Position numbers and translations under genes: made by a program. Below the pieces are notes generated by a model that was not told the DNA's origin, ran no database searches, and saw nothing but the letters and a program-made list of their open reading frames with translations. Positions 57,964 through 64,000 of a stretch of DNA of 64,000 nucleotides are shown one piece after another. Source of the DNA: Candidatus Lustribacter sp. (GTDB lineage Bacteria; Vulcanimicrobiota; Vulcanimicrobiia; Vulcanimicrobiales; Vulcanimicrobiaceae); the NCBI GenBank assembly GCA_965277805.1, contig OZ255842.1, forward strand, positions 4,992,001-5,056,000, read 5' to 3'. The first letter of the stretch is position 1; the number at the start of each line of letters is the position of its first letter.

Positions 57964-59991
57964 TCATGCGCGCGGGCGTAACTCCCGCAACGCACGTGCA
58001 AATCGTTCGAACCTTCCATCGGTCGCGATCGTGTCGAGATCGTCGCGAAGTTTGCGCCGCCAGTTAGGATACTGCAGGTTCGTACCCGGAATGTTGACGG
58101 GCGAATGCTCGCCGAGCGCATCCTCGATCTGCAGCATGACGATTCGCGCCGGGGAGCGGGCGAGATAGCGGTACGCGCCGATAACGACCGCCTCGGTGTC
58201 CGGCTCAAGCTCGCGGAGGTCACCGCGCGATACCAGTGCGGCGCGCAATTGCGCCACGCCGCCTTCGCGTGCGATCCGTGTCTGCCGCGCTTCTTCGGCG
58301 CTGATCAAGCCCAACCGCTCCTGGAGCCCGATGTCGTCGCCTTCGAGCCAGCCGGCGAGCGGCGGCAAATCGTGGGTACCGGCGGTGGCAAGTGCCAGCT
58401 CGGGATACTCTTCCGGCGGCACAAACGCGCCGGTTCCATCGCGCTCGAAGAGCAGGATGCGGTAGGAGAGGATGTGGTTCGCGGCCATCTTATCGCGAAA
58501 GCCCGGCGGCACCGTCCCGAGGTCTTCGCCGATGACGATGCAGTGCGCGCGGGTACTTTCCCGCGCCACGATCGCAAGCAGGTCGTCGAACGGATAGCTG
58601 ACGTACGCCCCGTCGACGGGCCGGTCGCCGCGCGGAATCCAAAACAGGCGCATCAACGACATCGCGTGATCGATGCGCAACGCGCCGGCGTCGTACATGT
58701 TGTCGGCGAGCAGCCCCGCAAACGTTGCGTAGGCGTCGCGTTCCAGCGTTGCCGGCGAGAGCGGCGGCAAGCCCCAGTCTTGACCCTGCGTGTTGAGCAG
58801 ATCGGGGGGACAGCCGACGCTCGCCGCCGGCAGATAATCATCGCTGCCCCAGGCCTCGGCGCCGCCCGATTCGACCCCGACCGCCAGATCGCGATAGAGC
58901 GCGACGCCGTACTCGCGGGCGGCGGCGGCGACCGCGTCGAGCTGCTGGCGCGCGCACCACTGCAGATACATCGAGAAATCGATCGCGCGGGTCTCTTCGC
59001 GCGCGAAGGCGTCGAGCGCGGCGGCCTGGCCGGCGCGCAGCTCAGCGGGCCAATTGGCGTTGTTGCGCCCGTAGCGCACGACCAGGGCCTCGTGGATGGC
59101 AAAGCGCCGCAACGCCTCGCCGCCGTCGGTCACGTACGACCCGAAGGCTTCGGTGCGCGCGCCGCTGAGGGCCGCGAAACACAACTTGAGCGCCGGCGCT
59201 TTGACCATTGCGACGCCGGTGTAGTCGACGAACGCCTTACGCCGCAGCGCGACGAGGTCGTCGCTGATCGAGGCGATGTAGTGCTGTACGTCGGGATCAC
59301 CGGCCTCGGGAATCGCTTCGATGTCGATTGCAAGCCAATTCAGGAACCGGCGTGACGTCGGCGCGTAGGGACTCGCGGCTTCGGGGTCGCTGCGATGCGA
59401 GGCGTGCAGCGGGTTGATGCCGACCAGCGACGCGCCGCCGGCACCGGCCAGCCGGCAGACCCGTTTCAGATCGGTGAAGTCGCCGATGCCCCAGTTGGTC
59501 TGCGAGCGCAGCGTGTACAGCTGAACCGCGAGACCCCAGACGCGCGCATCGCCGGGCGGAAGATAGGCGTGCGGCGGCGCGACGAGGATGTCGACTCCGG
59601 CGTGACCGTAGGTGGCCACGTCGAGCGTGAGGCGATACGCGCTGGCGGCCACGCTGAACGGCAACGTGACGCGGCGCGTTTCGACCGTCGTCCCGCCGCG
59701 TTGAATGAAGCGGCCGGGAGGCGCATCGCGCAACGCGAGCGTTCCCGCTTTGACGGTTCCGTGATCGTCGCTGATCGTGTAGAGCAGCGTCGCTTCCCAG
59801 TGATCCGCGGAGAGGGTGATGTCGATCGTTAGCGGATCGCCTTCGCGTAGCACGCGCGTCGGCGGGGCGATGCTCCGGCTGGGCGGCACGGTCAGCGCGG
59901 CGATGAACGCTTCGCGCGTCGCAGCCGGCACGATACGTTCGAGGCCGAGCGCGTCGGTGTAGCGGTCGGCAACCAGCTCGCGCGGCGTCAC
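57964..59991 (-). CDS. malQ: 4-alpha-glucanotransferase (GH77)
   Basis: WG..VQLY.LRS..NWGIGDF, SPY.P.SR, DLAVG, GQDWGLPP, LRIDH, GEDLG, THD, NIPGT..YPNW. Confidence 0.95.
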   Translation of the reverse strand: MTPRELVADRYTDALGLERIVPAATREAFIAALTVPPSRSIAPPTRVLREGDPLTIDITLSADHWEATLLYTISDDHGTVKAGTLALRDAPPGRFIQRGGTTVETRRVTLPFSVAASAYRLTLDVATYGHAGVDILVAPPHAYLPPGDARVWGLAVQLYTLRSQTNWGIGDFTDLKRVCRLAGAGGASLVGINPLHASHRSDPEAASPYAPTSRRFLNWLAIDIEAIPEAGDPDVQHYIASISDDLVALRRKAFVDYTGVAMVKAPALKLCFAALSGARTEAFGSYVTDGGEALRRFAIHEALVVRYGRNNANWPAELRAGQAAALDAFAREETRAIDFSMYLQWCARQQLDAVAAAAREYGVALYRDLAVGVESGGAEAWGSDDYLPAASVGCPPDLLNTQGQDWGLPPLSPATLERDAYATFAGLLADNMYDAGALRIDHAMSLMRLFWIPRGDRPVDGAYVSYPFDDLLAIVARESTRAHCIVIGEDLGTVPPGFRDKMAANHILSYRILLFERDGTGAFVPPEEYPELALATAGTHDLPPLAGWLEGDDIGLQERLGLISAEEARQTRIAREGGVAQLRAALVSRGDLRELEPDTEAVVIGAYRYLARSPARIVMLQIEDALGEHSPVNIPGTNLQYPNWRRKLRDDLDTIATDGRFERFARALRELRPRA

Positions 59992-62059
59992 GCCGGAATC
60001 CCGTTGAACACGGCGATCGAGCGTGCGTGCACCGTGAACGTCGTCGCGGGACCGTCGGGCGGCGCGTCGTGGCCCGGCTGGTCGAACGCGGTGTCGAGCA
60101 AGAGGTGCCATTGCACGGCGGCTGCGTCCGGCAGTACGAACTCCACGTCGTTATCGGCCGCGTTGAAGAGCACGGCGAACACCGGCCGATCGCCGAAATA
60201 CACGCCGATCGAGCGGCCGTCGCCGCGCCAATCGTCGTCGTTCATCTCGGTGCCCGCGGGCGTATACCAGGCGATGTCCTTGCGATCGCTGCCCGGTTGA
60301 GGCCTACCGGTGAGGAAAGCGTCGCGTTGAAACGCCGGGTGCTCGCGGCGCAAGCGCAGCACGGTTTTCACGAAGTGCTGAAAGGCCACGTCGCGCTCGC
60401 TGCGATTCCAATCGACCCACGAGATCTCGTTGTCCTGACAGTAGGCGTTGTTGTTGCCGCGCTGTGAATGCCCGAACTCGTCACCGGCCAGCAGCATCGG
60501 TACCCCGAGCGAGAGGAAGAGCGTGGAAATGAGATTGCGCTTTTGCCGTTCGCGCAGCACGAGGACCGCGGGATCGTCCGTCGGTCCTTCGATGCCGCAG
60601 TTCCAGCTTGCGTTGTCGTCGGTGCCGTCGCGATTGTCTTCGAGATTGGCTTCGTTGTGCTTCTCGTTATACGAAACGAGGTCGGTCAGCGTGAAGCCGT
60701 CGTGAACCGTGACGAAGTTGATGCTCGCGCGCGGCCGGCGGCCGTGCCGGTTGAAGAGATCGCTCGAGCCCGCGAGGCGCGAGGCGAACTCGGGCAGCAG
60801 CCCGCCGTTGCCCTGCCAGAAACGCCGCACGGTATCGCGATACTTGCCGTTCCACTCCGACCATCCGGGCGGGAAACCGCCGACCTGGTAACCGCCCATC
60901 CCGACGTCCCACGGCTCCGCGATCAGCTTGGCGCGGGCCAGAACCGGATCTTGTTTGAGCACTTTGAAGAATGCGGCGTTGTAGGTATAGCCGTCGTCCT
61001 CGCGCGCGAGCGTCGTTGCGAGATCGAAGCGGAACCCGTCGACGTGCATCTCTTCGACCCAGTAGCGCAGCGAGTCGGTGACCATCTGCAGCACGCGCGG
61101 ATGCCTCAGGTTGAGCGTGTTGCCGCAGCCCGTCGTGTCTTCGTAGTAGCGGCGGTCACCGGCGAGGCGATAGTACGAAGCGTTGTCGATGCCGCGGAAC
61201 GACAGCGTCGGACCGAGCTGATTGCCCTCGGCCGTGTGGTTGTAGACGACGTCGAGGACGACTTCGAGCCCGGCCTCGTGGAGGTTCTTCACCATCGTCT
61301 TGAACTCGTCGTGATGGGTCGCGAGATAGCGCGGCTCGGGCGCGAAAAAACCGATCGAGTTGTAGCCCCAATAGTTGCGCAGCCGGTTCTCGACGAGGCG
61401 CCGGTCGTCGACGAACGCGTGAACGGGCAACAGCTCGACGGTCGTGACGCCCAGATCGACTAAGTGCTCGATCACACGCGGCGACGAGAGCCCCAAGAAC
61501 GTGCCGCGCATCTGCGGCGGCACATCGGGATGCAGCATCGTGTAGCCGCGCACGTGCGTTTCGTAAAACACGCGGCGCATCCACGGCACGTCCGGCGGCC
61601 GGTCGTGGCCCCACATGAACGACGGATCGACGACGACCGACTTCGGCATCGCCGCGGCGTTGTCGCGGCGGTCGAAGGTGAGGTCGGTGCGCGGGGCGCC
61701 AATGCGGTAGCCGTAGTGCGCGTCGCTCCAGCGGAGCGGCCCGTGCAGCGCCTTGGCATACGGATCGATCAACAGTTTGTGGTGGTTGAAGCGGTGGCCG
61801 TTGGCCGGATCGTACGGACCGTAAACGCGAAAACCATAGAGCGCGCCGGGGCGCAAATCGGGCAAATAGCCGTGCCAGACTTCGTCGGTGAATTCCGGCA
61901 GCGTGTAGCGCGCGATCTCGCGCCGGCCGCGCGAATCGAAGATGCACACGTCGACGCGTTCGGCATGAGCCGAGAAGAGCGCAAAGTTCACGCCCGTTCC
62001 GTCCCACGTCGCGCCCATCGGATAGGCACTCCCGGGTTCGATGTGCTTGGGGTTCGGCA

Positions 62060-62060
<1 letters not shown>
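59988..62060 (-). CDS. glgX: Glycogen debranching enzyme
   Basis: GVNFALFS, NYWGY, DVVYNHT.EG, DGFRFDLA, IAEPWD, NF.TVHDGFT, QRGNNNAYCQD. Confidence 0.96.
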
Positions 62061-63964
<1,904 letters not shown>

Positions 63965-64000
63965 GTCAGCATACTTTCAACCCGTCACATACCCGCTGAA

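Overview
A high-GC, gene-dense chromosomal window of mostly housekeeping and accessory metabolism. I see no rRNA, tRNA, CRISPR array, integrase, transposase or phage gene. The style (CGCG-rich coding sequence, Cys-rich TonB-dependent-receptor-like paralogues with N-terminal carboxypeptidase-regulatory-like domains) suggests a diderm soil bacterium such as Eremiobacterota/Vulcanimicrobiota; this is inference only. Recognisable blocks: PhzF, MFS, ctaB-ctaA; metY-metX; a prfC operon ending in a PLP dehydratase and a BesD/HalD-family 2OG-Fe(II) enzyme; a desaturase-glycolipid synthase-amidohydrolase operon; egtD facing an osmoprotectant-type ABC transporter; ppk1; an 11-kb island of three TBDR-like genes (one frameshifted) plus a lipoprotein; grxD-bolA; acyl-CoA ligase; a NUDIX-MBL pair; rnd; acnA; telA; and a glgB-glgX-malQ operon ending in a nucleotidyltransferase/phosphomutase fusion. 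The most notable unexplained signals are: (1) a ~270-nt structured minus-strand non-coding RNA candidate at 45208-45480 with a duplicated stem motif showing pairing-preserving changes, its own -10 box and an intrinsic terminator; (2) the TBDR/lipoprotein island; (3) a gene apparently starting at ACG in a TAACG stop/start overlap; (4) a BesD-like enzyme with HxD instead of HxG; (5) REP-like palindromes, one pair bracketing a single secreted gene. All product calls come from motif recognition by eye; no database searches were run.
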